Made by a program: the position numbers and the translations under genes. A DNA stretch of 64,000 nucleotides from Octopus sinensis. Taxonomy: Eukaryota. The stretch is taken from NCBI RefSeq assembly GCF_006345805.1, contig NC_043011.1, positions 28,470,464 through 28,534,463 on the forward strand. The letters are read 5' to 3'. Below are positions 26,185-40,139 of this stretch, piece by piece. Below the pieces are notes generated by a model. That model worked only from the letters and a program-made list of their open reading frames with translations. It did not search any database and was not told the origin of the DNA. Numbering within the stretch: position 1 is the first letter of the stretch; each line of letters opens with the position of its first letter.

Positions 26185-26588
26185 ATTGGCTTCAAATTTT
26201 GGCACAAGGCCAGCATCTTTTTGTGAAGGTGGGAAGGTGCTCGACTGGTATTTTTCTTATGGACCCCGAAGGGATGAAAGGCAAAGTATAGCTTGGCCGA
26301 ATTTGAACTCAGGATATTACGACGGACGAAATTGAGCTATACGTTTTATCCGGCGGGCTAACGATTCTGCCATTTCGTCGCCTTCATTTCAAATTTTGCC
26401 ACAAGGCCAGTAAGTTTCTGCGAAGGAGTAAGTTGACGAGATTGACCCTAGTGTTCAACTGGTACTTATTTTATTGACCCCGAAAGGATGACGGAGTCGA
26501 TGAAATGAACTTAGAATGTAAAAAGGAATGAAATGCCGCTAAGCAATTTGCCTGGCAGGCTAATGATTCTACCAGTTCACTGCCTTAA
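26185..26588 (-). mobile_element. SINE family 2, two tandem copies
   Basis: GACCCCGAAGGGATGAAAGGCAAAG and CTAACGATTCTGCC (reverse-complement head), each present twice. Confidence 0.75.
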
Positions 26589-26608
26589 TAATAATAATAA
26601 TAATAATA

Positions 26609-26666
<58 letters not shown>

Positions 26667-26667
<1 letters not shown>

Positions 26668-27223
26668 CGTCATGATGCAGAACCAGGCAGTGACTCTCAT
26701 GGCTTCTGACCTTTATTGATTGGAAGTGTTATCATGTACATTGTTCTGTCTTGGTATAAAAGATGCGTTACAGCAAATATTCGGCTCAATACCACAGATT
26801 TGCTTGTCAGTTGTTTGACCTTAATCAGTTGAGCATGTCCCTCAGTGGCTGACAATATGTGCATCTCCGATCACGAGCAGAAGTAGTGGGGGAGCATCAT
26901 AGCCATGTGTTGAGAGGGATTTTTTGGAGTTTGAATAATTCCCCTCTGGAAACATGGGTGTTACGTTCAACATTTTTAAACAGCCCTTATTCAGGGACCT
27001 TTTGAGCGGGATGGGTTACTCGACCAGAAGAAAATTCTAACTGGGCCCCACCTGCAAGGTCATGTGCTGTTTGGTCTTGATATGAGATCCCCATGTTGCA
27101 CACATATGGTTGTGATGCTTGTGCCTTGTGTACCCTTATCAGACGGATAGTCATGATGGGTATACTAGGTTTCGTATATTTTACCCCAGTGTCACTTTCA
27201 TGACATGCACTGCTCTCTCACTC
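26667..27223 (+). mobile_element. Non-LTR retrotransposon 3' region inserted in (TAA)n (R4/Dong-like)
   Basis: 560-bp higher-GC block bounded on both sides by (TAA)n; Dong elements are known to target TAA repeats (assignment by inference). Confidence 0.55.
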
Positions 27224-28206
27224 AATAATAATAATAATAATGTTTTCTTTGATCACTACTATGGCTATGGCTGAAGGACATTAGAACAACTTACACATAG
27301 GAAGAGCAAAAAATATATGTATAATTTATACGTTGTGTATATGTGCCAATAACATCACTGTCGTTCATGATCGATCAGAGAACTTCACACAATTCCTTGA
27401 CTTCCTTGTCAACCGAAGGCAAGTGCCCAAGGTCAAACTTCTGACAACACTACAGCTTGTAGAGGGATGTTTAAAGTAAACTCATCTACCTAGTAAATAT
27501 ATATCACACAAATCTTCCTTTTAGTAAATTTCCTGAAAAGAGCCCTTTTTCCTAAAGTTTCATTCTCACTTCTCTCCTCAAGCGATACTAGATTAATTTG
27601 ATGAAAACTTGGTGGAATAGAAAAATGTTTGCCCGCAATCCTTTCAATTTAGTTCACCGAAGTCATATGACAGAAGAAAACTGTCAGATTCTGCTTGCAA
27701 AATGAAAGCAACTGAATGATTATCTCAATAGCCTCCGCTGATAACCAGATCCGTGCTACATTGTTGTTCGACAAATCATCACAAATCAGCAGCGTGCCGA
27801 CAATGAATGAAAAGTTAATATCAATAAGTGATGTGTGCGAAACCGAGTGTTAATATGCCATATTGACTGGAGCATATGGAAATTAATTAACACTGCTATC
27901 AAATTCTTCGCAATTTACCTTAGGAGAAATTTGTCAGCTCCTCTGCCGCTCTGACATTTAAAGATTATTTACCAACTTGAACTGACAATTAACTAAGCAT
28001 ACATACGTCTATCAGTCGATGCGACTGTGATGATGTGGTTGTTTCGCTATCATTTGAAGCTACTGTGTAGCTGTATGTATGTGTATTATAATACTGTTGT
28101 GTAGCTATGAATATTTAGTTATATGACCGTGTGAGTTTGTGTTTGTTTGACTATGTACGTGTGTGACTTTGAGAATATGTGACATGTGACTGTGACTGTG
28201 TAACTA

Positions 28207-28424
28207 TGAGGGGATACTGAAAAGTTCTTGGCTTTGGATAAAAAAAAGATATAGGAGGATAAGTTAATTACGATTTTATTCAGCATATTCCCCTCTCAGA
28301 TTCACACACTTACTCTAGCGGCCCATCAGTTTTTCTATGTCCTGTAAAAGAACTCCAGAAGGTTGGGTCTCCTACCAGGCCTTTCACGACACCCTTCAAA
28401 CCTGGAACTTTTCAGCACCCACTT
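28207..28424 (-). mobile_element. mariner-derived MITE (same family as 17292)
   Basis: TIRs GAGGGGATACTGAAAAGTTCTTGGC / CCTGGAACTTTTCAGCACCC. Confidence 0.85.
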
Positions 28425-28580
28425 TATATGACTGTGTATGCCTGTGCAGTTACGTCACTGGGATTCTCTGGCTGTATAATCGTGCCACTGAGTGACTATG
28501 TATTTATCTTCATGGTTGCGTGACGATGTACGTATTTAAATATATGACTGTGAATGTGTGTTATACGGTGCTATACACTG

Positions 28581-28640
<60 letters not shown>

Positions 28641-28644
28641 AAAT

Positions 28645-28940
28645 AAGCAACAAGTATATCTTAGGTAATTTGGTACAATCGTATCATGCTACTTCATTTT
28701 ATTAAACATTGTAAGTATTACATCAGTTTTAAAATATTGAGCAATCTTCAGCCATTTACAGAAGTCTTCCATTGCTCAACATTTTAAAACTGATGTAATA
28801 CTTACAATGGAGTAGCATGAAACGATTGTACCAAATGACCTAAGATATACTTGTTGCTTCTTCTGATTATAATCACCCTATCGATTTATATGGATAATAC
28901 CATATAAAATTCTGGTGCCTCTGACTTAAGTACCATATTC
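28645..28940. mobile_element. Inverted PLE pLTR pair
   Basis: Arms 28645-28745 and 28771-28859 are near-perfect reverse complements and carry hammerhead motifs; (TA)n on both sides. Confidence 0.75.
28668..28757 (-). ncRNA. Type I hammerhead ribozyme with long stem II
   Basis: TGG-CTGAAGA-TTGCT...AGCAT-GATAC-GATT-GTA-CCA; the inverted copy keeps an intact GAAAC but lacks CTGAAGA. Confidence 0.6.
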
Positions 28941-28963
28941 ATCTGAATCTAAATTTTGCTGAA

Positions 28964-29010
<47 letters not shown>

Positions 29011-29013
<3 letters not shown>

Positions 29014-29447
29014 AGTGACTGTGTGTCGTCCCCTCTTTGTAAGGCCGTTATGGCAAATTTGATTAAATAAAGTAGGTTGCTTACCAACCACATGGCATCT
29101 TGGGCAAGTGTCTTCTACTATAGCCTCGGGCCGACCAAAGCCTTGTGAGTGGATTTGGTAGACGGAAACTGAAAGAAACCCGTCGTATATATGTATATTT
29201 ATGTATATATATATGTGCGTGTGTGTGTATGTGTGTGGCTGTGTTTGTCCCTCCAACATCGCTTGACAACCGGTGCTGGTGTGTTCACCTCCCCGTAACT
29301 TAGCGGTTCGGATAAGAGACCGATAGAATAAGTACTAGGCTTACAAAGAAAAAGTCCTGGGGGTCGATTTGCTCGACTAAAGGCGGTGCTCCAGCATGGC
29401 CGCAGTCAAATGATTGAAACAAATAAAAGATAAAAAGAATTAAAGAA
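29011..29447 (+). mobile_element. SINE family 1 with a 45-bp LINE-tail insertion in its head (duplicated at 30443-30875)
   Basis: Family consensus interrupted between GTGTG and AAGTAGGTTGC by TCGTCCCCTCTTTGTAAGGCCGTTATGGCAAATTTGATTAAAT. Confidence 0.85.
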
Positions 29448-31814
29448 TATATATCTACAGCTGAGTTTGTGACTGTGAGTATATTATTTGAGTATGTTTC
29501 TTATGTAGTTGTGTGACTTCATGACTGTGACTACTTAGTTGTGAGATTTTGTATTTGTACAATAGTGATCGTTTGAATTCATGATTGTGACAGTGTGTGA
29601 CTATCATTCTATATAATTCAGCAACTTTACGGACGCTTGACTCTGAGATGTATAGCTGTTGGACAGTGTATCACTATTCCTAATAACTTCATGAATACGT
29701 AAATATATATATATTCGAGTTTGTATTTTCACAACTATGTAACTAGGTGTCTGTGAAACTTCGTAGTTATGTGTCAGAGTTGCTAGATAGTTGAGAATCA
29801 TTTGTAAATAGTTTAGACATCAACAGGCTACACGAAACTCGTAGTATTCTTAAAAGTGTCTGTTTAACAAGAGTAGAGGAGTGGTTCAATAAAATGATAG
29901 TGACAGCTTCATCTGCAATTCGTTCTATATGAAATCATATCATGCATATAAAATATCGGGTGATGGAGAGATAAAAGACAAAGAAAGACGAAAGAAAAGA
30001 GAGGAAAGAGAGAAATATAGATTGGGAGAAAAAACAGATGTACTGAGAGAGAAGCGTGTTGAATAAAAGATTAAGGTAGAAATATTAGAAATATTTATAG
30101 ATGGATGACTAAATAAAAAGTAAATAAACATCTGTTTTATTTATATATATGTGTGGGGGGGTGTATCTGTGTCTGTGTGTGTATACACATATATATATAT
30201 ATATATGGATGAATATATATATATTTATATAAATATATATGTAAACATACATATATATAAGTATATATACATATATATATATGAGTATACATATATATAT
30301 ACATAAATATATAGACATATACGTACTTACATATATATATATATATACATGTATATGTATGCAAATATATATACATGAACATATGTATGTGTATATATAT
30401 ATATATATAATATATATATATATATATAATATATATATATATAGGAGTGACTGTGTGTCGTCCCCTCTTTGTAAGGCCGTTATGGCAATTTGATTAAATA
30501 AAGTAGTTGCTTACCAACCACATGGCATCTTGGGCAAGTGTCTTCTACTATAGCCTCGGCCGACCAAAGCCTTGTGAGTGGATTTGGTAGACGGAAACTG
30601 AAAGAAACCCGTCGTATATATGTATATTTATGTATATATATATGTGCGTGTGTGTGTATGTGTGTGGCTGTGTTTGTCCCTCCAACATCGCTTGACAACC
30701 GTGCTGGTGTGTTCACCTCCCCGTAACTTAGCGGTTCGGATAAGAGACCGATAGAATAAGTACTAGGCTTACAAAGAAAAAGTCCTGGGGGTCGATTTGC
30801 TCGACTAAAGGCGGTGCTCCAGCATGGCCGCAGTCAAATGATTGAAACAAATAAAAGATAAAAGAATTAAAGAATATATATCTACAGCTGAGTTTGTGAC
30901 TGTGAGTATATTATTTGAGTATGTTTCTTATGTAGTTGTGTGACTTCATGACTGTGACTACTTAGTTGTGAGATTTTGTATTTGTACAATAGTGATCGTT
31001 TGAATTCATGATTGTGACAGTGTGTGACTATCATTCTATATAATTCAGCAACTTTACGGACGCTTGACTCTGAGATGGTATAGCTGTTGGACAGTGTATC
31101 ACTATTCCTAATAACTTCATGAATACGTAAATATATATATATATTCGAGTTTGTATTTTCACAACTATGTAACTAGGTGTCTGTGAAACTTCGTAGTTAT
31201 GTGTCAGAGTTGCTAGATAGTTGAGAATCATTTGTAAATAGTTTAGACATCAACAGGCTACACGAAACTCGTAGTATTCTTAAAAGTGTCTGTTTAACAA
31301 GAGTAGAGGAGTGGTTCAATAAAATGATAGTGACAGCTTCATCTGCAATTCGTTCTATATGAAATCATATCATGCATATAAAATATCGGGTGATGGAGAG
31401 ATAAAAGACAAAGAAAGACGAAAGAAAAGAGAGGAAAGAGAGAAATATAGATTGGGAGAAAAAACAGATGTACTGAGAGAGAAGCGTGTTGAATAAAAGA
31501 TTAAGGTAGAAATATTAGAAATATTTATAGATGGATGACTAAATAAAAAGTAAATAAACATCTGTTTTATTTATATATATGTGTGGGGGGGTGTATCTGT
31601 GTCTGTGTGTGTATACACATATATATATATATATATGGATGAATATATATATATTATATAAATATATATGTAAACATACATATATATAAGTATATATACA
31701 TATATATATATGAGTATACATATATATATACATAAATATATAGACATATACGTACTTACATATATATATATATATACATGTATATGTATGCAAATATATA
31801 TACATGAACATATG

Positions 31815-31830
<16 letters not shown>
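29011..31830. repeat. Near-identical 1.43-kb tandem duplication (29011-30400 and 30443-31830)
   Basis: Period about 1432 bp; differences I can see are 1-2-bp indels; junction and ends are (TA)n. Confidence 0.95.
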
Positions 31831-31869
<39 letters not shown>

Positions 31870-32279
31870 GTATGTATTTATGTATGTATATATATGTACA
31901 TATATATATATGTGTATATATATATAAGTATATATATATGTATATATGTATATATATGTATATAAGGAGGGAGGGATGGTGGGACGAAGGGAGTGAGGGA
32001 GAAAGATGGAGGGAGGTAGTAGCACATATTGTATATAATAATACATAAACATGCATAAATATAGTTGGTAGAAAATTTTGTTCAAAGCATATATTTTCAC
32101 TGCGATAACATCTTTAAAAATAAATGGTAAATAGGTTTTTTTTTATTTCCAGTAGGAATCAATTTCCTCACAAGAAAACTAGAGTACAGAAGCTGGTGCA
32201 CATTAAATAAGATAAATACTTATTAAGCAAACGGTAAACAATGATTTTCTTAGTTATTTCTGGTTTTTTCGTAAATGTA

Positions 32280-32490
32280 TGTGTGGGTGCTGAGAAGTTC
32301 CTGGCTTTGATAAAAGAAAATGCAAGAGGATCAGTAATAATGATTGCATTAAACAAATTCTCCTCTCAGAACCTCACACTTATTGTAGCGGTCCTTCGGT
32401 TTTTGTAAGCCCCGTAAAAGAACTCAGAAGGTTTGGTCTCCAGCGAGGTCTTTCGCTATACCCTTAAAGTCAGGAACATTTCAACCATCG
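32280..32490 (-). mobile_element. mariner-derived MITE (same family as 17292)
   Basis: GGGTGCTGAGAAGTTCCTGGC / GTCAGGAACATTTCAACC termini and shared interior. Confidence 0.8.
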
Positions 32491-32552
32491 TACATACATA
32501 GAGACAGACAGACAAACATAGGAAGACAGACAAACAAACAGACATATAGATA

Positions 32553-33426
32553 TGTTTCTTTATTAGCACACAGATAGAACAAATTACAAGGTAGAGCTTT
32601 TCTTTTGGGGGTAAAAAAAAGAGAGTGGTGGTTTTCGATCAAAAGGGATCGTAAAAGGAAAGTAAAAGGACAAAAAAAAGGGAGGGGTTAAAAAAAAGGG
32701 GGGGAAGAAAGAATAATAGGGATCGTTATCACAGAAATGTCAATATGAAGTGTAAAGGGGAGGACCTGGTGAGGTTTACCCGTGGGAAGAAAAGCCTACG
32801 GAAAAGACCACGGTACGCCTCGGTCAATGGAGTCAATGTTATATTTCTTTTTTTTTTTTGCAAATAAGCAACTCTCTGTATTAATTTTTATGGTTCATAG
32901 AATCATAGTCAAGGTGGCTTCGTCATTCATACGTGCCATCCTTGCTACATTCCCCATCTTTTTTTAAAACATTCACTAGACAAAACTTGCCTCTCTACTC
33001 TCACTTTCCTCTTCAAGTGATACTTGAAGAAGTTGATGAGAGATTGACCAGAGAGGAAAGTGTTTGTCTCTAATCCTTTCAGGCGCGTCCACCAGATACA
33101 TTCTTTCGCCATACCACAAGTATGATAAAAATAGCTCTTCCTTCCCGTTGAAGGAAGGAGGCGTGACGATATTAACGATAGACTCGGCTGATAAACCGAC
33201 ACGTCCCACACGTGACAGCAGTCGTTCGACATAAGCCACAGGTCGGAAATTGCTGGACACTGCACGATTGCGTGCAGAGCGGTTTCGTCGCTCTGCCCGC
33301 ATCTCGGGCAGGTCGGCCCCGTGTTCTCGAGCCATGCCTATAGAGCTTATCCCGAACGGGTAGCGCTTCTCGGTAGCACCGCCAGGCCAGGGATCTCTGG
33401 AAGTTGTCCATAGGTCCCGGGCCGAA

Positions 33427-33427
<1 letters not shown>
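32553..33427 (-). mobile_element. 5'-truncated Tx1-type LINE (ORF2 C-terminus plus 3'UTR) in a (GATA)n tract
   Basis: FGPGPMDNFQRSLAWRCYREALPVRDKLYRHG...TCPRC...QCPAISDLW...AKECIWWTRLKG; 3' AATAAAGAAA end; GATA/GACA repeats on both sides. Confidence 0.85.
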
Positions 33428-33504
<77 letters not shown>

Positions 33505-33716
33505 GTAGATACACGCATACACATACAACCATATATATGTGTATATATACGCACATACACACATATATATAAAGTTATATAAATCTACGCATATATATAC
33601 ACACATTCATATCTATGTCTGTATATATGTATGTATGTGTGTGTACCTGTATTCATATAAGCACTACAAGCACATATGCATATATATATATACACACACA
33701 TTTATATATATATATA

Positions 33717-33757
<41 letters not shown>

Positions 33758-34019
33758 TTATATAAATATATACATATTTGCACTTATATATATGTGTGTG
33801 TGTGTATTTACACATACATATATATATATATACATATATATATACACTATGTGCGTGTGAGTGTGTGCATGTGTGCGTGTGCGCGTGTGTGTGTGTGTTG
33901 TGTACATGTACATGTTTAGTTAAGGTGTTTCTTGCAGGCATACGGACATCGGCGACTCAGCGGAAGCACAGATTCTTCACATTGAAATTCCTTAGAAAAT
34001 GTGTTCTGACTCTTGTTCT

Positions 34020-34400
34020 GACATCCCGTTTTACTCTTACATCTAGTAACGTCATGAATTGGAACGTTCGGAAAATTTTACAGCCCGAGTTCAAATTCTA
34101 CCGAAGTCCACTTCGACTTTCATCCCTTCGGAGTTGACAAAATAAGAACCAGTCGAAGACTGACACCGTTAAAATCGATTTAGAAGCTTCCCTGAAATTG
34201 CTGGCCTTGTGAAAAAATTTGAAACTTATATACATACAAGGCCTGAAATTTGGGCCAGTGAGAAGCCGATTACAACGACACATGTCGTGGACTGGTACTT
34301 ATTCTATTGATAACGAATGGGTTGAAAGGTGAATTTGACCTCGGTGAGATTTCAATTCAGAACGTAAAGATCCGGAAATAGACAATTTGTCCGATGCGCT
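34020..34400. mobile_element. SINE family 2 copies in opposite orientation
   Basis: GAGTTCAAATTC...CTTTCATCCCTTCGGAGTTGACAAAATAAG (+) followed by reverse-complement modules. Confidence 0.6.
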
Positions 34401-34719
34401 ATCGGAATATTCTGATATGTATTAACAGTAGAATATTTTGCGTAAGAAATGAAATCCCTCTTTATCTATATGGAACACAATTATCTGAGACATACGTATT
34501 AAATGCGTTCATAATTGTGTTGCATGGCTTGCCTTCACTTTTATAGATTAGGCGACTCTATGTGCTGTACAAGCTACAGGACATATATTCATTCACACGG
34601 TTGCCATGATTACGATCTGGAGTAGTTAGACGTATTCGAGTCGTGTCGGAGTTTCTTATAACATGTAGCGTTTCTAAGCATAACAGGAAATATACATACA
34701 TAATATATATATATATATA

Positions 34720-34982
34720 TATCAATGGATGAATGAATTATCCTTTGTTTACCGTTAACATGGAAAATTTAATAAACAGTTACCATGGTAGCAAAATTCA
34801 CGCAAGTAACAGGGATGCAGCGACCTATTCAAAGGTAGAAACACCGAGTTAATGTGCAGTAATTTGTGTAGTATAAGTAAATAAATGGAGTTGAACGTAG
34901 ATGCTATTGAAATTCTTTTACTTTCGACATATGTTTCGAAGACAACATTGGATTTAATCCGAAGTAATAAACGGTGTCAAAT
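34720..34982 (-). mobile_element. PLE pLTR fragment with the 3' half of a hammerhead
   Basis: Minus strand GTTGTCTTC-GAAACATATGTC-GAAAG (palindromic ACATATGT plus GUC); CUGANGA half lost; (TA)n flanks. Confidence 0.5.
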
Positions 34983-35000
34983 ATATTACTTATATATATA

Positions 35001-35065
<65 letters not shown>

Positions 35066-35096
35066 ATATATATATATAACATATATATATGTATAT

Positions 35097-35285
35097 GCCC
35101 TTTTAAAGCCTAGCCAGGCTCATGGACCCGGTCTCCCGTTTTCTATGGCGTATGTGTTCCCCAGCTGGACGCGACGCCAGTCCATCGCAGCGTTACTCAT
35201 TTTTGCCAGCTGATTGGACTGGAGCAACGATCATGATGCTGACACACTAACCACTAACCACTTTCCACTAAGCCACGCGCCTCCA
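35097..35285 (-). mobile_element. SINE related to 42478-42790
   Basis: Reverse complement of GCTGCGATGGACTGGCGTC..GTCCAGCTGGGGAACACATACGCC...ATGAGCCTGGC tail; head CCACTAAGCCACGCGCCTCC. Confidence 0.75.
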
Positions 35286-35654
35286 CTATATATATATATA
35301 TATATTTAGTCAATTTAGGGTAGCAAATTCTGGTGGATGAATGACCTGTTAGGGTCACTCCTAAATTGTTATATATATATATTATATATATTATATATAT
35401 ATAATAGATATATATATATATATATATGTACTCTTTATTTTTATAAACTTTTAATACTTTTGATATATATTTAAAATAATATATATTAAATTATTTTATG
35501 TATTGGCTTATGTTTTTCATTGTTTGATTTGGCTAATAGTGGTTTTATCTCTAATTTAATATAATATAATATAATATATTTATACTTTAAAATTGGATTT
35601 AATCCTAAATCTGATTTTTCCCTGTAAGTTTGGATTTATTCCCTAATATTTTAT

Positions 35655-35695
<41 letters not shown>

Positions 35696-36134
35696 TATAT
35701 ATGCATATATATATATATATATATATACATGCATACACATATATTTATGCATGTACATATGTTGTGAGTGTGTCTGTCTGTGTGCGCGCGTGTGTATGTA
35801 TGTATATATGTGCGAACATAACTTTCAATCTAACACTACCCTATGAATCATTTATTAATTTCGTCCTTATATCAAGATGAATTATTATAATTCTATCGTT
35901 TCTCCCATTCCTGCATTGCATTTATGTTGCTTTATATATTCTAGCATATCACATATGCATGAGATGATCTTTTTTCTCAGCCCCAATGTGTTTGACTTTA
36001 TGTCATTAATTGACTCCGTCTTTTTTTTTTTTTATCATACGCACTTTTTCTGTATAATTTATAATATAATTATAAGGCATGTATTTCCAATCTATTTAGA
36101 TGAAAATTCATCGATGTGAACCTACCTATGTGTG

Positions 36135-36173
<39 letters not shown>

Positions 36174-36280
36174 TATCTATATATATATATATTATATACA
36201 CTATATATATACATATATATATATATATATACAACACATATATATATTATACATATATATATATACATATATATATATAT

Positions 36281-36325
<45 letters not shown>

Positions 36326-37033
36326 ATATATATATGCATATATATCTATAGATATAAGTACATTTATGTAATCATACATGTATGAACATATATGATATAT
36401 GTATATACATAGGTAGACAAATATCTATAGGTTTATACATAATACATTAGATTATATCATATTGCATATTTTTCATAATTGCATGATATTTACTCTATTA
36501 TCAATATATAATTTTACTGTTTATTTATCCTGTGTTTTTTATTCGAACATTAATCCTTATTTTTTTAGTTTCTATTCAATTAGCGAATATTACTTTCTCA
36601 TAATTTATGATTCAACAGAATTTTTTTGTTCTCTTCTGTGTGCATATATATGAATGCATATATATAAATATGAATGAATGCCCATGTGTGCGTGCATAAG
36701 TCTTATGTATTATACATAAAGAAATATATACGTCGTCATCATCATCATATATATATATATATATATGGTCCGTAAGTAATAGTTTTTTTATTTCGTATAT
36801 TTTCATTTGTCTTGCTCATTATTACATTCTGGTGTTTACTGAATTTTTTCTTAAGAACACACTCTTCGTGGTAAGGGTGATTTGACGCCTATCTTTAGCA
36901 TATTAGGATTCCACTTTGGTGGTCATTCCTCTTAATTTGTATGTAATATAATTTTTAATCTTCGGATTTTTTAAATATGCTAAGCCGCTGGTTTAAATTG
37001 ATGGTTAATATCAATTTCTACCTTCATTATTTC

Positions 37034-37069
<36 letters not shown>

Positions 37070-37124
37070 ATATATATATATATATATATAAATAATATAT
37101 TATATATATATATATATATATATA

Positions 37125-37209
<85 letters not shown>

Positions 37210-37243
37210 TATATATATATATATGTATATGTATATGTATATA

Positions 37244-37338
<95 letters not shown>

Positions 37339-38184
37339 GTATGTATGTATGTATGTATGTATGTATGTATGTATGTATGTATGTATGTATGTATGTATAT
37401 GTGTATTATTATGTTGTCTACATTTAGAAAATAACGTACAGAAAAATATTTTATACAAATATATTCCATTTAGTTTTGTAGTCCTAACTATAGCGCTATT
37501 ATTCCACTTTTAAAGCTTAGATCCACTACAATGATTGAATTTTACTCCTCCCTCTTCGAACAATACCTTTTTATTTATTTTTTTTTTACCTTACTGCTAA
37601 AAAAATATCAATTTGTAGATTTCATCTATAAATTGAAAAAGAAAATTAGTTTCTTTTTACTTTAAATATGTTAGTACTTCTCATACTAACGGCTAATGCT
37701 TTTAGAATGAAGTTGTCGGATTAATTATAGAAATACATCCAGTTAAAACGAATAGAATAATATCATCATAACTGATACAAGAAGAATGATCAAATCGTTA
37801 CTCGAAATGAAGGGAACAATATTCAGTGCTCTAATATGTGTGGTTATTTCTCCTATATCGTCTTATTAACTGACACTCCGTCCGCTACGACGAAGCTTTT
37901 TTCAGCTGACCCGGTCATGAAATTAATGTGCAAATGCTTGAACACTCCACTGACACGAGTACCTTTACCATAGTTCCTGGAAAAATTCAGCTTGCCATAG
38001 TACGTGACAAGGCTAGTAATTTGAATTGCAGGTAAAACTCATTTTTGCAGCTGAATGGGTTGGTGCAACGTGAATAAAAATGTCTTGTTCAAGGACACAA
38101 CACGCTGCCTGGAATGGAACTTCTGACCTTATGAACGTGAACCGGATGGCCTAACCAATAAGCCAGGCGTTTTCGTTCGCGTCA

Positions 38185-38592
38185 TCTCCATATATATAAA
38201 CGGCAGTTTGTCTGTCTGTGTGTCTGTGTGGCTGTCAGGTTGTACCCTCACCCTGACCACGGCTTTCAACCGATTCTGATGAAACTTGACACACACATAG
38301 CCCAATGTCATAATTCAAAACTAACGCAGCGAAAATTTTGAAAAGTTCCCCCAGTTCTGAAAAAAATCGATAAATTCGACATGGGGTCGAGAATCTAAGC
38401 TTTTTATATGCAACACATTTTCTGTCTGGAGACAGCTAGGAACATCGTATACATAGAAGTATTCGAGTGAAGAGAAGACATTGCAACCTACACATGCGCC
38501 TTCGTTCCCTGGAGGGAAAGAACTAGATTGGGATTAGTCGTTGCCTACTAGGGGCTCTTACATACTCGGACAACGCCGGGCTATGCTGCTAG
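38185..38592 (+). mobile_element. Non-autonomous Helitron
   Basis: A|TC 5' end (TCTCCATATATATAAA), subterminal hairpin CTCGGACAACGCCGGG, 3' CTAG|T, no TSD. Confidence 0.8.
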
Positions 38593-38820
38593 TTTTATAC
38601 TAAGTTAGAAAACAAATCTGCTTCTTTAAATAATGGCAATATTTGCTTAGTCAGAAGATTAAGAATAAATTAAATCAATTATTCCAAGCAACATTTTAAG
38701 TGGAAGTGTCAACACATTCGCTGTTCTTATTCAGCACCATCTTTCTCATACATATTCCTCTTTTCTCCTTTTGCAGACACAATGAGACTAAATCATTGTT
38801 TTAAAATTTTTGAAAAGATA

Positions 38821-38913
38821 TGGGCAAGTGTCTTCTGCTATAGCCCCGGGCCGACCAATGCCTTGTGAGTGGATTTGGTAGACGGAAACTGAAAGAAGCC
38901 TGTCGTGTATATG

Positions 38914-38968
<55 letters not shown>

Positions 38969-39175
38969 TGTGTTTGTGTGTCTGTGCTTGTCCCCCTAGC
39001 ATTGCTTGACAACCGATGCTGGTGTGTTTGCGTCCCCGTCGCTTATCGGTTCGGCAAAAGAGACAGATAGAATAAGTACTGGGCTTACAAAGAATAAGTC
39101 CCGGGGTCGATTTGCTCGACTAAAGGCGGTGCTCCAGCATGGCCGCGGTCAAATGACTGAAACAAGTGAAAAAGT
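38821..39175 (+). mobile_element. SINE family 1, 5'-truncated
   Basis: Starts at TGGGCAAGTGTCTTCT and matches the family body and tail. Confidence 0.9.
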
Positions 39176-40139
39176 ATATGAAAATCGTTAAACTAAACTG
39201 CAGCCCGCAAACTCGTAACAACAGAATAAATTTCACTCAGCCAATACAGCATGCGTACGTCGCTGATATACTGGACACACATTTTCGTGTCGGTTGACAA
39301 TGTACGTACAATTTGGAGATATCACAACACGCTATAACTCATAACACAAAATAGAACTAGATAAAAAAGATATTAGTTAGAATTTTATATAGAATTTTCC
39401 TAGTCCATTAAAACGAGAACAATAACAATGTAAGCCGATCTACCAGCAAAATACAAGCCTAAATTGAAAACACAGATGCATTATACGAAAAAGAAATCTA
39501 TCACAATACCACGATACCTATAAGATCTTAGAGTAACATAATTTTAAATCGGTGCTGAGGATTCTATCGGTTTAAATATTTATTCCCAACTCTCTTTGCA
39601 AGTTATCGCAGGAAGCATGAACTATATGCCTTTGAAACAGGCTAATTTAAAAATAAAAATGTGAAATTCTCAAACCGTCAACCGAATGAATATAGAAGCG
39701 TTACTTTTTCAAACCAACCATGTAGGACTAGGAAGGAAACATGGCAAAGCGTTATAAAAGTAGTCGTAAGGGAATATCTTCATATTTATTTTAAAGTCAG
39801 TGGACTTTTATCGCAACGAAACTATGCAGATTTTAGTCACCACGGCTGACGAGCGGTGCTCTGTGATTAATTTGAACATTTTGGATGTTTCTTTCTTACA
39901 TATTCATTTTTAACTATATATTTGTGTGTATGTATACACACGGGGCCACGCACCCGCACGCGCACACATAGACACAACCCCCCCCCCCCACACACACACA
40001 CACACACACAAACACATATAAATTATATGTGTTAATAACGAACAGGGAGAATGAGTGCTTAAAACCGCATTTGTTGATAAATATATTCTTTATTCGTGGG
40101 TTAACCAGGCTACCATTGATTTCATGTTGAGAGAGATAT

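Noticed and set aside
28790-28835. CTGATGT...GAAACGATTGTA as a separate hammerhead
   Set aside because: No stem I pairing; the inverted arm shows the true core is CTGAAGA further upstream and CTGATGT lies within stem II.
38276-38290. CTGATGAAAC hammerhead-like core
   Set aside because: No stem II between CTGATGA and AAC; it is part of the Helitron body.
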